DNA of 32,000 bases from Halalkalibacillus halophilus DSM 18494. Its GTDB lineage: Bacteria; Bacillota; Bacilli; Bacillales; Alkalibacillaceae. This document shows, in pieces, positions 15,569 through 24,944 of the stretch. The DNA lies in contig NZ_KE383978.1 of the NCBI RefSeq assembly GCF_000423105.1, positions 502,790 through 534,789 on the forward strand. The letters are read 5' to 3'. How positions within the stretch are numbered: the stretch's first letter is position 1; the number at the start of each line of letters is the position of its first letter. Below the pieces are notes generated by a model that made no database searches, was not told the DNA's origin, and saw only the letters and a list, made by a program, of their open reading frames with translations. A program made the position numbers and the translations under genes.

Positions 15569-16786
15569 ATGTGGATCGATTGGCTAATTGAATTAGGATT
15601 TGGTGTTTTATGGATGTTTACGCAACCACTACTTTATTTAGCAGTCGCCTTGTCGTTTTGGACGAGTTATAAGCGGGTGAAAGCAGATCGGAGAGAATTT
15701 GGACATCGTGTCTATCCATACCATGCTGAATGGCACGGGACATGGAAATGGGGTATGTTGTTCGGACTCCTTCTATCCATAGGTTTAATTATAGTTGGGG
15801 TAATGTTCACGCTTGAGTTTTTATTGCTATGGTCACTTGTAACGATTATACTGGCATTTTTCAACCGTTTGTCATTACTATCCCCTGCCTATAGCTTAGG
15901 TTTAACCATTGCAATTATATGGATGACAGACTGGTTTAATTGGGTTGTCATCAATCAAGCAATTACAGATTCTCTGCTAGAGGTTTCTTTGTTAGCTGCT
16001 AGTTACCTATTAGTAGGATTATTGGTAGCTGAAATTACTTTAGTATATACAACTAAACGTAATCAAACCTTTCCTGCTTTGCATAAAGGGGACCGTGGGA
16101 AATTCATTGGCCTGCATTATGCGAAGCGTTTAATGTTTATTCCTATCTTTATTCCTATTTCAGGTGGTGCGGCAACGTTAGAGGCTTATTTTGCCTGGTG
16201 GCCAATCTTTTCTCCTGAAGGAAGCAGTTTTAGCTTTATCTTGTTTCCATATCTGATCGGCTTTTCGCAGTATTTCAAAGGAATTTATGCAGACCTGGGT
16301 ACGAAAAAGCTTGGTCATTCCTTGCTTGTTTTCTTTGTTTTAACAGCTGGATTAGGGGTCGGGTTATATTTTGAACCTGTTTTAGTTATTGGTTTCATCG
16401 GGTTCGTTGTTATTGGACGTTTCGTGGTGTACTTTCTTACACGTTCCGCCGACAAAGAGAAAAGACCGATTTTTGCTCCGCAAGCAAAAGGAATTATTAT
16501 TGTCGGTGTCACGCCAGGCTCACCAGCAGATGACATGGGGTTAATTGTCGGTGAACAAGTGGAGAAAGTCCATGGGATTCCGGTAAGTAATGAACACGAA
16601 TTTTATGATGTGATGACGGAAAACCGAACATACTGTAAGTTGTCGATTCGAGATTTAAGTGGAGAAATCCGGTTTGTACAGCGGGCATTATATGAAAATG
16701 AACATCATGAGTTGGGGATTATTTTCGTGAAAGAAACTCCTCGGTTTACGTTGCAGTCTGAAAAACAAAATATAAGTGAACAATAA
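15569..16786 (+). CDS. minJ: Polytopic membrane protein with a C-terminal PDZ domain, MinJ-like division-site topological determinant
   Basis: GGAGG at 15556-15560 lies 8 nt before the ATG. It has multiple TM helices and a C-terminal PDZ (IIIVGVTPGSPADDMGLIVGEQVEKVHGIPV). The N-terminus resembles B. subtilis MinJ/YvjD, and its position between ctpB and uvrB matches. Confidence 0.75.
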   Translation: MWIDWLIELGFGVLWMFTQPLLYLAVALSFWTSYKRVKADRREFGHRVYPYHAEWHGTWKWGMLFGLLLSIGLIIVGVMFTLEFLLLWSLVTIILAFFNRLSLLSPAYSLGLTIAIIWMTDWFNWVVINQAITDSLLEVSLLAASYLLVGLLVAEITLVYTTKRNQTFPALHKGDRGKFIGLHYAKRLMFIPIFIPISGGAATLEAYFAWWPIFSPEGSSFSFILFPYLIGFSQYFKGIYADLGTKKLGHSLLVFFVLTAGLGVGLYFEPVLVIGFIGFVVIGRFVVYFLTRSADKEKRPIFAPQAKGIIIVGVTPGSPADDMGLIVGEQVEKVHGIPVSNEHEFYDVMTENRTYCKLSIRDLSGEIRFVQRALYENEHHELGIIFVKETPRFTLQSEKQNISEQ

Positions 16787-16790
16787 ATTG

Positions 16791-16820
16791 GGAGAAGCGG
16801 ATGCTTCTTTCAATTTTTTT
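16791..16820 (+). terminator. Probable terminator after minJ
   Basis: 6-bp stem AGAAGC / GCTTCT (extendable by G:U pairs) with a GGAT loop, followed by TTCAATTTTTTT. Confidence 0.45.
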
Positions 16821-16976
16821 ATAAGTCATGTGCTTGAAAATTGGTTTGACTCTTTTTTAGAAGTTGGACTAGTTTGACAGGAAAAGCTGGCCCTTATCCT
16901 TTGCATTCTGCTTAAATAGAAAATATTCTTTATAAGTAGGTGTTTTTTAAAATTTTATAGTAAAAAAACACAGAAT

Positions 16977-16990
16977 AGAATATTTGTTCG
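16977..16990. promoter_or_regulatory. LexA (Cheo/SOS) box upstream of uvrB
   Basis: AGAATATTTGTTCG against the Bacillus consensus CGAACRNRYGTTYG. The right half is perfect. The left half is GAAT, as in the B. subtilis recA box. It lies ~50 nt upstream of the uvrB start. Confidence 0.5.
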
Positions 16991-17038
16991 TGTTTTTATG
17001 TTAAAATAAATTTAGAATATATATTTGGGGATGATGAA

Positions 17039-19021
17039 TTGGATCAAGGACATAAATTTCAATTACATTCAGAGTATGAACCACAAGGAGACCAGCCAAA
17101 AGCAATTAAAGAGCTGGTGAATGGGATAAAGAATAATCAAACACATCAAACGTTACTTGGGGCAACGGGTACAGGTAAAACGTTTACTGTATCTAATGTA
17201 GTAGAGGAAATTAACCGCCCTACATTGATCATAGCTCATAATAAAACGCTCGCAGGACAACTTTATAGTGAGTTTAAAGAGTTTTTTCCAAACAATGCAG
17301 TAGAGTACTTCGTTAGTTACTATGATTATTATCAACCAGAGGCCTACGTTCCTTCTTCTGATACATTTATTGAAAAGGATGCCAGTATTAATGATGAGAT
17401 TGATAAATTACGACACTCCGCGACTTCTTCTTTATTTGAGCGGGATGATGTATTAATCGTAGCAAGTGTGTCTTGTATTTATGGTTTAGGTTCGCCTGAA
17501 GAGTACGGGGAGTTGGTCTTATCTCTTCGTACAGGAATGGAAAAAGATCGTGATCAGCTATTGCGTAATTTGGTTGATATCCAGTATGCGAGAAACGATA
17601 TTGATTTTCAGCGTGGTACTTTCCGTGTTCGTGGGGATTCTGTTGAAATTATCCCTGCTTCACGTGAAGGTCATTGTTTACGCATCGAGTTTTTTGGTGA
17701 TGAAATTGATCGGATCCGTGAAGTGGATGCATTGACTGGAGAAATCTTGGGTGATCGTGAACACGTAGCAATTTTCCCTGCATCTCACTTCGTAACACGT
17801 GAGCAAAAGATGAAAAAAGCAATAAAAAATATCGAAAAAGAACTTCAAGAGCAGCTTGAGAAGTTTCGCTCTGAAGATAAATTGCTAGAGGCACAACGTT
17901 TAGAACAACGTACAAATTATGACTTGGAAATGATGAATGAGATGGGCTTTTGTTCAGGTATTGAAAATTACTCCAGACACTTAACTTTGCGTGAACCTGG
18001 ATCGACACCTTATACGTTATTAGACTATTTTCCTGACGATTCCTTGATTGTCATCGATGAGTCTCATGTTACATTACCTCAAATTCGTGGTATGTATAAT
18101 GGAGACCAAGCTCGTAAACAAACATTAGTTGACCATGGATTTCGTTTGCCATCAGCGCTAGACAACCGTCCATTAAAATTCGATGAGTTTGAAAAGCATA
18201 TCGATAATATTTTGTTTGTTTCGGCCACTCCAGGTCCTTATGAGCTAGAACACACACCGAAAATGACAGAACAAATCATTCGTCCGACTGGTTTGTTGGA
18301 TCCGGAAATCGAAGTTCGCCCAATCAAAGGGCAGATTGATGATTTAATTGGCGAGATCAATAAGCGTATTGATTTGGATGAACGTGTATTAGTAACGACA
18401 CTTACAATTAAGATGTCAGAGGATTTAACGAATTATTTACAAGAGATGGGCATTAAAGTCGCCTATTTACACTCGGAAATTAAAACTTTAGAGAGAATTG
18501 AGATTATTCGCGACTTACGTTTAGGGAAGTATGATGTTTTAGTCGGTATTAACTTATTGCGTGAAGGTTTAGATCTTCCAGAGGTTTCCTTAGTTGCGAT
18601 TTTAGATGCGGATAAAGAAGGTTTCCTACGTTCGGAACGTTCATTGATTCAAACAACTGGACGAGCTGCTCGTAATGAAAAGGGCCGCGTCATTATGTAT
18701 GCAGATAAGATTACGAATTCAATGGAAGTAGCTATTGATGAAACGTATCGTCGCCGAGAGAAGCAAATGGCTTACAATGAAAAGCATGGTATAACCCCTA
18801 CAACAATCAAGAAAGAAATTCGAGATGTTATTCGAGCGACGTATGATAGTGAGGATGACGAGCAAGATCCGAAGAAACGATACGAGAAGTTGACTCGTGA
18901 ACAAAAAGCAGAATTAATTGATCAATTAGAAACTGAAATGAAGCAAGCTGCAAAAGATCTTGATTTCGAGAAAGCAATGGAATTAAGAGATGCAATGCTT
19001 GAGCTAAAGGCAGAAAGGTGA
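17039..19021 (+). CDS. uvrB: Excinuclease ABC subunit B
   Basis: Very high similarity to B. subtilis UvrB across its length ([23 protein letters not shown], and the C-terminal UVR domain [15 protein letters not shown]). It has a TTG start with GGGGA 7 nt upstream, and the nearby ATGs are out of frame. Confidence 0.97.
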   Translation: MDQGHKFQLHSEYEPQGDQPKAIKELVNGIKNNQTHQTLLGATGTGKTFTVSNVVEEINRPTLIIAHNKTLAGQLYSEFKEFFPNNAVEYFVSYYDYYQPEAYVPSSDTFIEKDASINDEIDKLRHSATSSLFERDDVLIVASVSCIYGLGSPEEYGELVLSLRTGMEKDRDQLLRNLVDIQYARNDIDFQRGTFRVRGDSVEIIPASREGHCLRIEFFGDEIDRIREVDALTGEILGDREHVAIFPASHFVTREQKMKKAIKNIEKELQEQLEKFRSEDKLLEAQRLEQRTNYDLEMMNEMGFCSGIENYSRHLTLREPGSTPYTLLDYFPDDSLIVIDESHVTLPQIRGMYNGDQARKQTLVDHGFRLPSALDNRPLKFDEFEKHIDNILFVSATPGPYELEHTPKMTEQIIRPTGLLDPEIEVRPIKGQIDDLIGEINKRIDLDERVLVTTLTIKMSEDLTNYLQEMGIKVAYLHSEIKTLERIEIIRDLRLGKYDVLVGINLLREGLDLPEVSLVAILDADKEGFLRSERSLIQTTGRAARNEKGRVIMYADKITNSMEVAIDETYRRREKQMAYNEKHGITPTTIKKEIRDVIRATYDSEDDEQDPKKRYEKLTREQKAELIDQLETEMKQAAKDLDFEKAMELRDAMLELKAER

Positions 19022-19030
19022 AGGTAGTTC

Positions 19031-21895
19031 ATGAAATCAATTACAATACAAGGCGCACGTGCGCATAATTTAAAGGATATCGATGTTTCGATTCCTAAAA
19101 ATAAATTAGTAGTAATGACTGGATTATCTGGTTCCGGTAAATCTTCTTTAGCGTTTGATACGATCTATGCAGAAGGGCAAAGACGTTATGTGGAATCCTT
19201 GTCTGCATATGCAAGGCAATTTTTAGGTCAAATGGATAAACCAGATGTCGATGCAATTGAAGGTTTATCACCTGCCATTTCAATCGATCAAAAAACAACA
19301 AGTAAAAACCCTCGATCAACAGTAGGAACCGTGACGGAGATTTATGATTATTTAAGACTGTTATTTGCTCGTGTTGGTCGTCCCATTTGTCCAATTCATG
19401 GTGAGGAGATTGCTTCTCAAACGGTGGAACAGATGGTGGATTTAATTTTGGACTTAGAAGAACGTACCAAGCTTCAAGTTCTAGCACCCGTCGTTTCGGG
19501 CCGTAAAGGAGAACACCTGAAAGTTTTAGAAGACTTGAAAAAAGAAGGTTATGTTCGTCTGCGTGTGAATGGCGAAATGCGTGAGATCTCTGAAGATATT
19601 GAACTTCATAAAAATAAAAAACACTCCATTGAAGTAGTGGTGGACCGGATTGTAGTAAAAGAGGGAGTAGAGGGGCGTTTAAGCGACTCTCTAGAAACTG
19701 CCTTGAAATTAAGTGGTGGCCAAGTGATGGTTGATGTCATTGATGGCGAAGAGATGTTGTTTAACGAAAATCACGCTTGTCCGAAGTGTGGATTTACGAT
19801 CTCTGAACTAGAGCCTCGTTTGTTTTCCTTTAACAGTCCATTTGGAGCGTGTAAAACTTGTGATGGACTTGGTTCAAAGTTAAAAGTCGATGAAGATCTA
19901 GTTATTCCTGATTGGGATCTTTCTTTGAATGAACATGCGATTGTCCCTTGGCAACCGATTTCATCTCAATATTACCCACAGTTATTACAAAGTGTATGTA
20001 AACATTACGATATTGATATGGACCAACCTGTAAAAGATATACCAAAAGATAAAATGAAGAAAATTTTGCATGGTAGTGGCAAAGAAAAGATTTTATTTAA
20101 ATATGTGAATGAGCGTGAACAGAAGAAGCGAGAGAATTATATTTACTTTGAAGGTGTATTAAATAATATTTCTCGTCGCTATCATGAAACTGCGTCAAGC
20201 TTTATTCGAGAGCAAATGGAAAAGTATATGGCACATTCCCAGTGTGTGGATTGTGAAGGGTATCGTTTAACGGAAGAAGCACTTGCAGTGAAAGTAAATG
20301 ATGTGCATATTGGAAAAGTAACGGAGCTTTCTGTTTCATATGCACGTGATTGGATTAAAGAAGTAACTTTAAATGAAAAAGAAGCGAAAATTGCCAAGAT
20401 GATTATTAAAGAAATCGATGATCGACTTACTTTTCTTGTGAATGTCGGCTTGGATTATTTAACATTATCTCGTGCAGCAGGTACTTTATCAGGTGGAGAG
20501 GCGCAACGTATACGTTTAGCAACTCAAATTGGCTCTGCTTTGACGGGTGTTTTATATGTGCTAGATGAGCCTTCGATCGGATTACACCAGCGGGATAATG
20601 ACCGTTTAATTCAGACGTTGAAACGAATGAGGGACTTAGATAATACATTAATAGTAGTGGAGCATGATGAGGACACCATGCTTGCTGCTGATTGGTTAGT
20701 TGACATCGGTCCAGGAGCAGGTGCCCAAGGTGGAGAAATTGTTGCTAGTGGTACACCTGAAGAGGTAATGCAAGAGCAGAAATCTTTAACAGGACAGTAT
20801 CTTAAAGGGGATAAATTTATCCCACTTCCTACTAAAAGGCGTAAAGTGGATAAAAAGCGTCAACTGAAGATTAAACAAGCAGAAGAGCATAATCTTAAAG
20901 ATGTAGAAGTTTCGATTCCGCTTGGATTAATGTCTGTCGTAACAGGAGTTTCAGGTTCTGGAAAAAGTACATTAATCAATGAAATTTTATATAAGTCCTT
21001 ATCTCAGAAATTACACAGAGGGAAAACGAAACCTGGAAAGCACAAGTCAATTGAAGGGATCAACCACTTAGATAAAGTTATTGAGATTGACCAATCTCCT
21101 ATTGGTAGAACCCCCCGGTCGAATCCAGCGACTTATACAAGTGTATTTGATGATATTCGAGATGTATTTGCCCAGACAAGTGAAGCAAAAATGCGTGGTT
21201 ATAAAAAGGGACGCTTTAGTTTTAATGTGAAGGGCGGCCGTTGTGAAGCTTGTAGAGGGGACGGAATTATTAAGATCGAGATGCACTTTTTACCAGATGT
21301 ATACGTACCATGTGAAGTTTGTCATGGAAAACGGTATAATCGAGAGACGCTAGAAGTGAAGTATAAAGGTAAAAATATTGCTGAGGTTCTGGAACTTCGA
21401 ATTGAAGATGCCCTTGATTTCTTTGAAAACCATCCGAAAATCAGCCGTAAATTACAAACGATGCAAGATGTTGGTCTAGGCTATATCCGGTTAGGTCAAC
21501 CGGCTACTACTTTATCGGGTGGCGAAGCACAAAGAGTAAAGTTAGCAAGTGAGCTGCACAGAAGATCCAATGGTAAATCACTATATATTTTAGATGAACC
21601 TACTACAGGTCTTCATGTAGATGACATTGCGAGGTTGTTAAAAGTCTTACAACGTTTGGTTGAAAATGGCGATACGGTATTAATTATCGAGCATAATTTG
21701 GACGTGATTAAAACGGCAGATTATTTAATTGATTTAGGACCTGAGGGTGGAGAAGGTGGCGGAGAAATTATTGCTACTGGTACACCCGAACGTGTGGCAG
21801 AAACGAGTGGTTCTTACACCGGTCAATATTTACAACCTGTACTAGAACGAGATCGAATGCGAATGGAAGCGATGACTGTGAAAACTACTTCATAG
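19031..21895 (+). CDS. uvrA: Excinuclease ABC subunit A
   Basis: 954 aa with two ABC ATPase modules ([18 protein letters not shown], 2x LSGGEAQR) and zinc-finger Cys clusters. The start lies 9 nt after the uvrB stop. Confidence 0.97.
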   Translation: MKSITIQGARAHNLKDIDVSIPKNKLVVMTGLSGSGKSSLAFDTIYAEGQRRYVESLSAYARQFLGQMDKPDVDAIEGLSPAISIDQKTTSKNPRSTVGTVTEIYDYLRLLFARVGRPICPIHGEEIASQTVEQMVDLILDLEERTKLQVLAPVVSGRKGEHLKVLEDLKKEGYVRLRVNGEMREISEDIELHKNKKHSIEVVVDRIVVKEGVEGRLSDSLETALKLSGGQVMVDVIDGEEMLFNENHACPKCGFTISELEPRLFSFNSPFGACKTCDGLGSKLKVDEDLVIPDWDLSLNEHAIVPWQPISSQYYPQLLQSVCKHYDIDMDQPVKDIPKDKMKKILHGSGKEKILFKYVNEREQKKRENYIYFEGVLNNISRRYHETASSFIREQMEKYMAHSQCVDCEGYRLTEEALAVKVNDVHIGKVTELSVSYARDWIKEVTLNEKEAKIAKMIIKEIDDRLTFLVNVGLDYLTLSRAAGTLSGGEAQRIRLATQIGSALTGVLYVLDEPSIGLHQRDNDRLIQTLKRMRDLDNTLIVVEHDEDTMLAADWLVDIGPGAGAQGGEIVASGTPEEVMQEQKSLTGQYLKGDKFIPLPTKRRKVDKKRQLKIKQAEEHNLKDVEVSIPLGLMSVVTGVSGSGKSTLINEILYKSLSQKLHRGKTKPGKHKSIEGINHLDKVIEIDQSPIGRTPRSNPATYTSVFDDIRDVFAQTSEAKMRGYKKGRFSFNVKGGRCEACRGDGIIKIEMHFLPDVYVPCEVCHGKRYNRETLEVKYKGKNIAEVLELRIEDALDFFENHPKISRKLQTMQDVGLGYIRLGQPATTLSGGEAQRVKLASELHRRSNGKSLYILDEPTTGLHVDDIARLLKVLQRLVENGDTVLIIEHNLDVIKTADYLIDLGPEGGEGGGEIIATGTPERVAETSGSYTGQYLQPVLERDRMRMEAMTVKTTS

Positions 21896-21910
21896 GTGAG
21901 GAGGCAAAGG

Positions 21911-22261
21911 ATGAAAACAATTGAACCAGGGATTGTCCAAGAATATATTGACCGCTATGCTGACAAGTTTGTTTACATTCATTTAGAAACGACAAACGGT
22001 GCGTATGCGAAACATTTTGATAAAAATGCTCATAATGTGGGGGCATATATTAGAAACGCACAAATCAAATATGAACGTGGAAAAATTGTAACCACCGATG
22101 AAGCATATCGTGTAGGTTTGAAAACTAGTGGGTGGATCTATGCTGAAGGCTTAACCGATTATGAGATTACAGAAGAAGGGCAACTTCTTTTAGCTGGCCA
22201 CGATCCAGAGGGTAGATTAATGGTAGCCTTAGAAATTAGCGAAAAACCTTTTGATATGTAG
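21911..22261 (+). CDS. yojF: YojF-like protein (DUF1806)
   Basis: ~116 aa, directly upstream of a BshB2-type deacetylase as in the B. subtilis yojF-bshB2 pair. GAGGAGG at 21898-21904 lies 6 nt before ATG 21911. The track GTG start at 21896 abuts the uvrA stop. Confidence 0.65.
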   Translation: MKTIEPGIVQEYIDRYADKFVYIHLETTNGAYAKHFDKNAHNVGAYIRNAQIKYERGKIVTTDEAYRVGLKTSGWIYAEGLTDYEITEEGQLLLAGHDPEGRLMVALEISEKPFDM

Positions 22262-22273
22262 GGGGAATAAAAG

Positions 22274-22963
22274 ATGGATTTTAAAGATCATAAGCATGTA
22301 GTTATCATATACCCACACCCAGATGATGAAAGTTTTGGGGCTTCTGGGACGACCGTTCGTTTTCGGGAAGCTGGAGTTCCTGTGACTTATTTATGCGGGA
22401 CGTTAGGAGAAATGGGAAGAAATATGGGTAGCCCGTTTTTTGCTACTCGTGAATCCTTACCAGAGATCAGAAAGCAGGAATTATTAGATGCTTGTGCTGT
22501 TTTGGATATGAACGTGGAAATGTTAGGTTATCGTGATAAAACAATAGAGTTTGAATCACGTAAATTAGTAGCAGAAAGATTGAAAGATTATATAGAAGAT
22601 CTTGGTGCAACGCTAGTTATAACATTTTATCCTCCATTTGCGGTCCACCCAGACCATAACGCAATGGGAGCTGCCGCATTTGAAGCTGTTAAAATGATAG
22701 ATTCAGATATTCGACCAGAATTATGGGCGACAGCTATTACGAATGATCGCCAAGAGACACTCGGAGAACCAGATGTGATTATTGATACGGAAGAAGTTTT
22801 TGAAAAGAAATTAGAAGCGATTAAAGCTCACCGATCTCAAGCAGAAGGAATGCTCAGTAAAATGCGTGAGAGCTCTGATTTCGTTGGAGAATATGATAGT
22901 GCCTTGCAACGCCTTCAATATGAAAGCTTCTATCGAATTGATGTAGACCGAGTACATTACTAA
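22274..22963 (+). CDS. bshB2: PIG-L/LmbE family deacetylase, bacillithiol biosynthesis deacetylase BshB2-like
   Basis: It has the N-terminal motif VIIYPHPDDESFGASGT and a later HPDH motif. Its size (229 aa) and pairing with yojF fit. GGGGGA lies 7 nt before the ATG. Confidence 0.8.
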   Translation: MDFKDHKHVVIIYPHPDDESFGASGTTVRFREAGVPVTYLCGTLGEMGRNMGSPFFATRESLPEIRKQELLDACAVLDMNVEMLGYRDKTIEFESRKLVAERLKDYIEDLGATLVITFYPPFAVHPDHNAMGAAAFEAVKMIDSDIRPELWATAITNDRQETLGEPDVIIDTEEVFEKKLEAIKAHRSQAEGMLSKMRESSDFVGEYDSALQRLQYESFYRIDVDRVHY

Positions 22964-22977
22964 TAAATATTTTATAG

Positions 22978-23015
22978 GATCCCTCCGCCTTGAGTCGGAG
23001 GGATTATTTTTATTT
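22978..23015 (+). terminator. Rho-independent terminator after bshB2
   Basis: 9-bp GC-rich stem ATCCCTCCG / CGGAGGGAT with an 8-nt loop, then TATTTTTATTT. Confidence 0.85.
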
Positions 23016-23104
23016 ATCCGACGGGTGATGGAATACAGAGGTTTGAAAATAGAATATAATAGGAATTAGTGTTAGAGAGTTTAATTAACTGGAGGGATCA
23101 AGCG

Positions 23105-24196
23105 ATGAGTGAAGAAAGAATGAAAATATTAAGCTTGCTAGAAGAAGGTCATATTACTGCTGAGGAAGCAGATAAATTACTACACGCTTTAGATCAACAA
23201 CATACGAAAAGTGATTCATCAACAGAATCAACGAATAAGAACTATGAAACAGAACAAGATTCACAAGATAGTTCGACAAGTTTTACAAAGGAGCTAAAGA
23301 ATTTCACAGAAGGTGTCTTTCATTTTATTGATGATACTTTTCAACGTGTAAAGGAAGGTCCATTTGAATTTAATTTTTCACATATGCACGTGAAACGAAC
23401 TTTTACCTATGACGGTAGGAATGTGGAAAATTTGAATATAGACGTCGCGAACAGTATGATTACATTTCTTCCGACAACAGAACAAGAGATTAAGGTTCAA
23501 TGCAAAGGGAAAGTCTATAAAGAATCGGATCAGCAACGAGCAGAAGAGGTTTTTGATGAATCTGTACGCGTCAGTGTGAATGAAAACACGCTTCAAATCG
23601 AGCAGGACAGAAAGCAGGTTTCCGTACAATTAACGATTTATTTACCAAAGAAAGTATATGAGAATGCATATATTAAAACAATTAACGGATCCATTCAGAC
23701 GAACGATCTACACATGAACCAGGCACGCGTTGCGACTGTAAATGGAAGTGTTACAATTTCTGGTTATGAAGGTGACGCACTTTATGTGGATACGAAACAC
23801 GGGTCGGTTCGTTTGGAGGATGCTGTAATCGGGAAAAGTAAGGTAGATACTTCTACAGGGTCTATTTTCTTTGATGGAAGTGTAGAGCAGTTGAACATGA
23901 ATGTGACAACAGGAAGTATTCGCACATATATTAGAAATGCGGATGCAAGACATGCCGACTTACATGCAACAACTGGGTCGATCCAACTGTATGTTCCTAA
24001 CCAAACACCGATCAATGGAACAGCGAATACGACCGTAAGTAATGTGAAGGTCGACCTACCCTTTGCAACGGTCACTCAACTGGATGATCAGTTTATGAAA
24101 AAGTTGGTTCAATTCCACTACAAAGAAGAGGGGAAAGAAACTTTTGATGTTGATTTATCAACAAAAACAGGAAGTATTCGAATTTATACTATTTAA
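23105..24196 (+). CDS. yvlB: YvlB/LiaX-family protein (N-terminal helical domain plus C-terminal DUF4097 beta-strand repeats)
   Basis: It has the N-terminal MSEERMKILSLLEEGHITAEEADKLLHAL motif and a C-terminal series of repeats of the form xGS(I/V)x (NGSIQT, NGSVTI, HGSVRL, TGSIFF, TGSIRT, TGSIQL, TGSIRI). GGAGGG at 23091-23096 lies 8 nt before ATG 23105. Position matches B. subtilis yvlB. Confidence 0.7.
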   Translation: MSEERMKILSLLEEGHITAEEADKLLHALDQQHTKSDSSTESTNKNYETEQDSQDSSTSFTKELKNFTEGVFHFIDDTFQRVKEGPFEFNFSHMHVKRTFTYDGRNVENLNIDVANSMITFLPTTEQEIKVQCKGKVYKESDQQRAEEVFDESVRVSVNENTLQIEQDRKQVSVQLTIYLPKKVYENAYIKTINGSIQTNDLHMNQARVATVNGSVTISGYEGDALYVDTKHGSVRLEDAVIGKSKVDTSTGSIFFDGSVEQLNMNVTTGSIRTYIRNADARHADLHATTGSIQLYVPNQTPINGTANTTVSNVKVDLPFATVTQLDDQFMKKLVQFHYKEEGKETFDVDLSTKTGSIRIYTI

Positions 24197-24216
24197 TAAA
24201 GTAAAGGAGAAAGATT

Positions 24217-24573
24217 ATGCTTAAGAATTGGATTGTATCGATAGTAGTTAATGCGATCGCTCTTTATGCGGTAGCGGTATTATTAAATGCCATTGAAATT
24301 GATGGCTTTGCGATGGCATTATTAGCAGGTTTAATTTTATCAATATTAAATGTCATTGTTCGACCGATATTAGTAGTACTCACCTTGCCGATTACGATGA
24401 TTACGCTCGGGTTATTTTTATTCGTAGTCAATGCGATTACGTTATTACTAACAGCTTGGATGATGGGAAGCTCCTTCGTAATTGACGGCTTCGGCTGGGC
24501 AATTTTAGCTGCGATTATTATAACTATACTAAATACGTTACTAGAAAGTTTATTTAAAAATGTAGTAAGCTAA
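24217..24573 (+). CDS. yvlD: Small four-TM membrane protein, YvlD family (DUF360 / phage-holin-4_2-like)
   Basis: 118 aa and highly hydrophobic, with a conserved VRPIL segment. AAAGGAG lies 7 nt before the ATG. It follows yvlB as in B. subtilis. Confidence 0.7.
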   Translation: MLKNWIVSIVVNAIALYAVAVLLNAIEIDGFAMALLAGLILSILNVIVRPILVVLTLPITMITLGLFLFVVNAITLLLTAWMMGSSFVIDGFGWAILAAIIITILNTLLESLFKNVVS

Positions 24574-24587
24574 TAGATTAGATTAGG

Positions 24588-24620
24588 AAACGATTTCTGC
24601 TGTGCAGAGATCGTTTTTTC
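24588..24620 (+). terminator. Rho-independent terminator after yvlD
   Basis: 13-bp stem AAACGATTTCTGC / GCAGAGATCGTTT with one G:U pair and a TGT loop, then a T-run. Confidence 0.85.
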
Positions 24621-24660
24621 ATTTGATGGAAGGTGGTTTCAGGAGAAGCTGGAGGGCGCG

Positions 24661-24797
24661 GTTGCCGGCGAACGGAAGTAGGAATCGGGTGGGGGGCAGT
24701 TGGATGCCGGCATAAGAACTCCCTAATCAGGTGTGAAAAGTTACATGCCGGCATCCAACCCAATTTGCCGGCAAAGATAGTCGGATGCCGGCAAACG
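24661..24797. repeat. Array of five TGCCGGC(A/G) palindromic motifs in a GC-rich non-coding island
   Basis: GCCGGC cores sit at 24664, 24706, 24747, 24767 and 24787, giving spacings of 42, 41, 20 and 20 bp. TTGGATGCCGGCAT (24700-24713) and ATGCCGGCATCCAA (24745-24758) form a perfect 14-bp inverted repeat. TTTGCCGGCAAA (24764-24775) is a perfect 12-bp palindrome. Confidence 0.85.
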
Positions 24798-24879
24798 AGC
24801 CTCATTTTCAAATCCACCAACTTATAAAATGTTAATAAAGTTGTAAAATAGAATTGATTTTCCTAGTTCGTATCAGATG

Positions 24880-24906
24880 TTGGTTATGGTAAAGTTATGG
24901 TATAGT
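24880..24906 (+). promoter_or_regulatory. Candidate extended -10 sigma-A promoter for the hprK operon
   Basis: TGgTATAGT (TG at 24898-24899, TATAGT at 24901-24906). The nearby TTGGTT (24880-24885) has only a 15-nt spacer. Confidence 0.3.
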
Positions 24907-24944
24907 TGTTGCTGTATATAATGTTTTACATAGGAGGGGAGCGG

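Noticed and set aside
16844-16879. Repeated TTTGAC / TTGGAC / TTTGAC hexamers that could be -35 boxes upstream of uvrB.
   Set aside because: None has an acceptable -10 hexamer at 16-18 nt. I could not support a promoter call from sequence alone.
23016-23104. A search for an ECF-type promoter (sigma-W TGAAAC-N16-CGTA, or sigma-M/sigma-X variants) upstream of the yvlB-like gene.
   Set aside because: TGAAAA is present at 23044-23049, but no CGTA or CGTC lies at the required distance. The nearby TATAAT (23055-23060) is too close to TTGAAA to form a sigma-A promoter. No promoter call was made.
24661-24797. The possibility that the GCCGGC repeat array is a CRISPR array.
   Set aside because: The repeat units are only ~8-14 bp, spacings are irregular (42, 41, 20, 20), there are no uniform spacers, and there are no cas genes in the window.
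24578-24827. Two overlapping track ORFs in the GC-rich island: 24633-24827 on the + strand (64 aa) and 24578-24820 on the - strand (80 aa).
   Set aside because: Neither has a Shine-Dalgarno sequence. They exist only because the region is GC-rich and so has few stop codons. The repeated GCCGGC motif falls in different reading frames (spacings of 41 and 20 bp are not multiples of 3). The products are low-complexity Arg/Gly/Cys/Pro strings. I treat the region as a non-coding repeat element.
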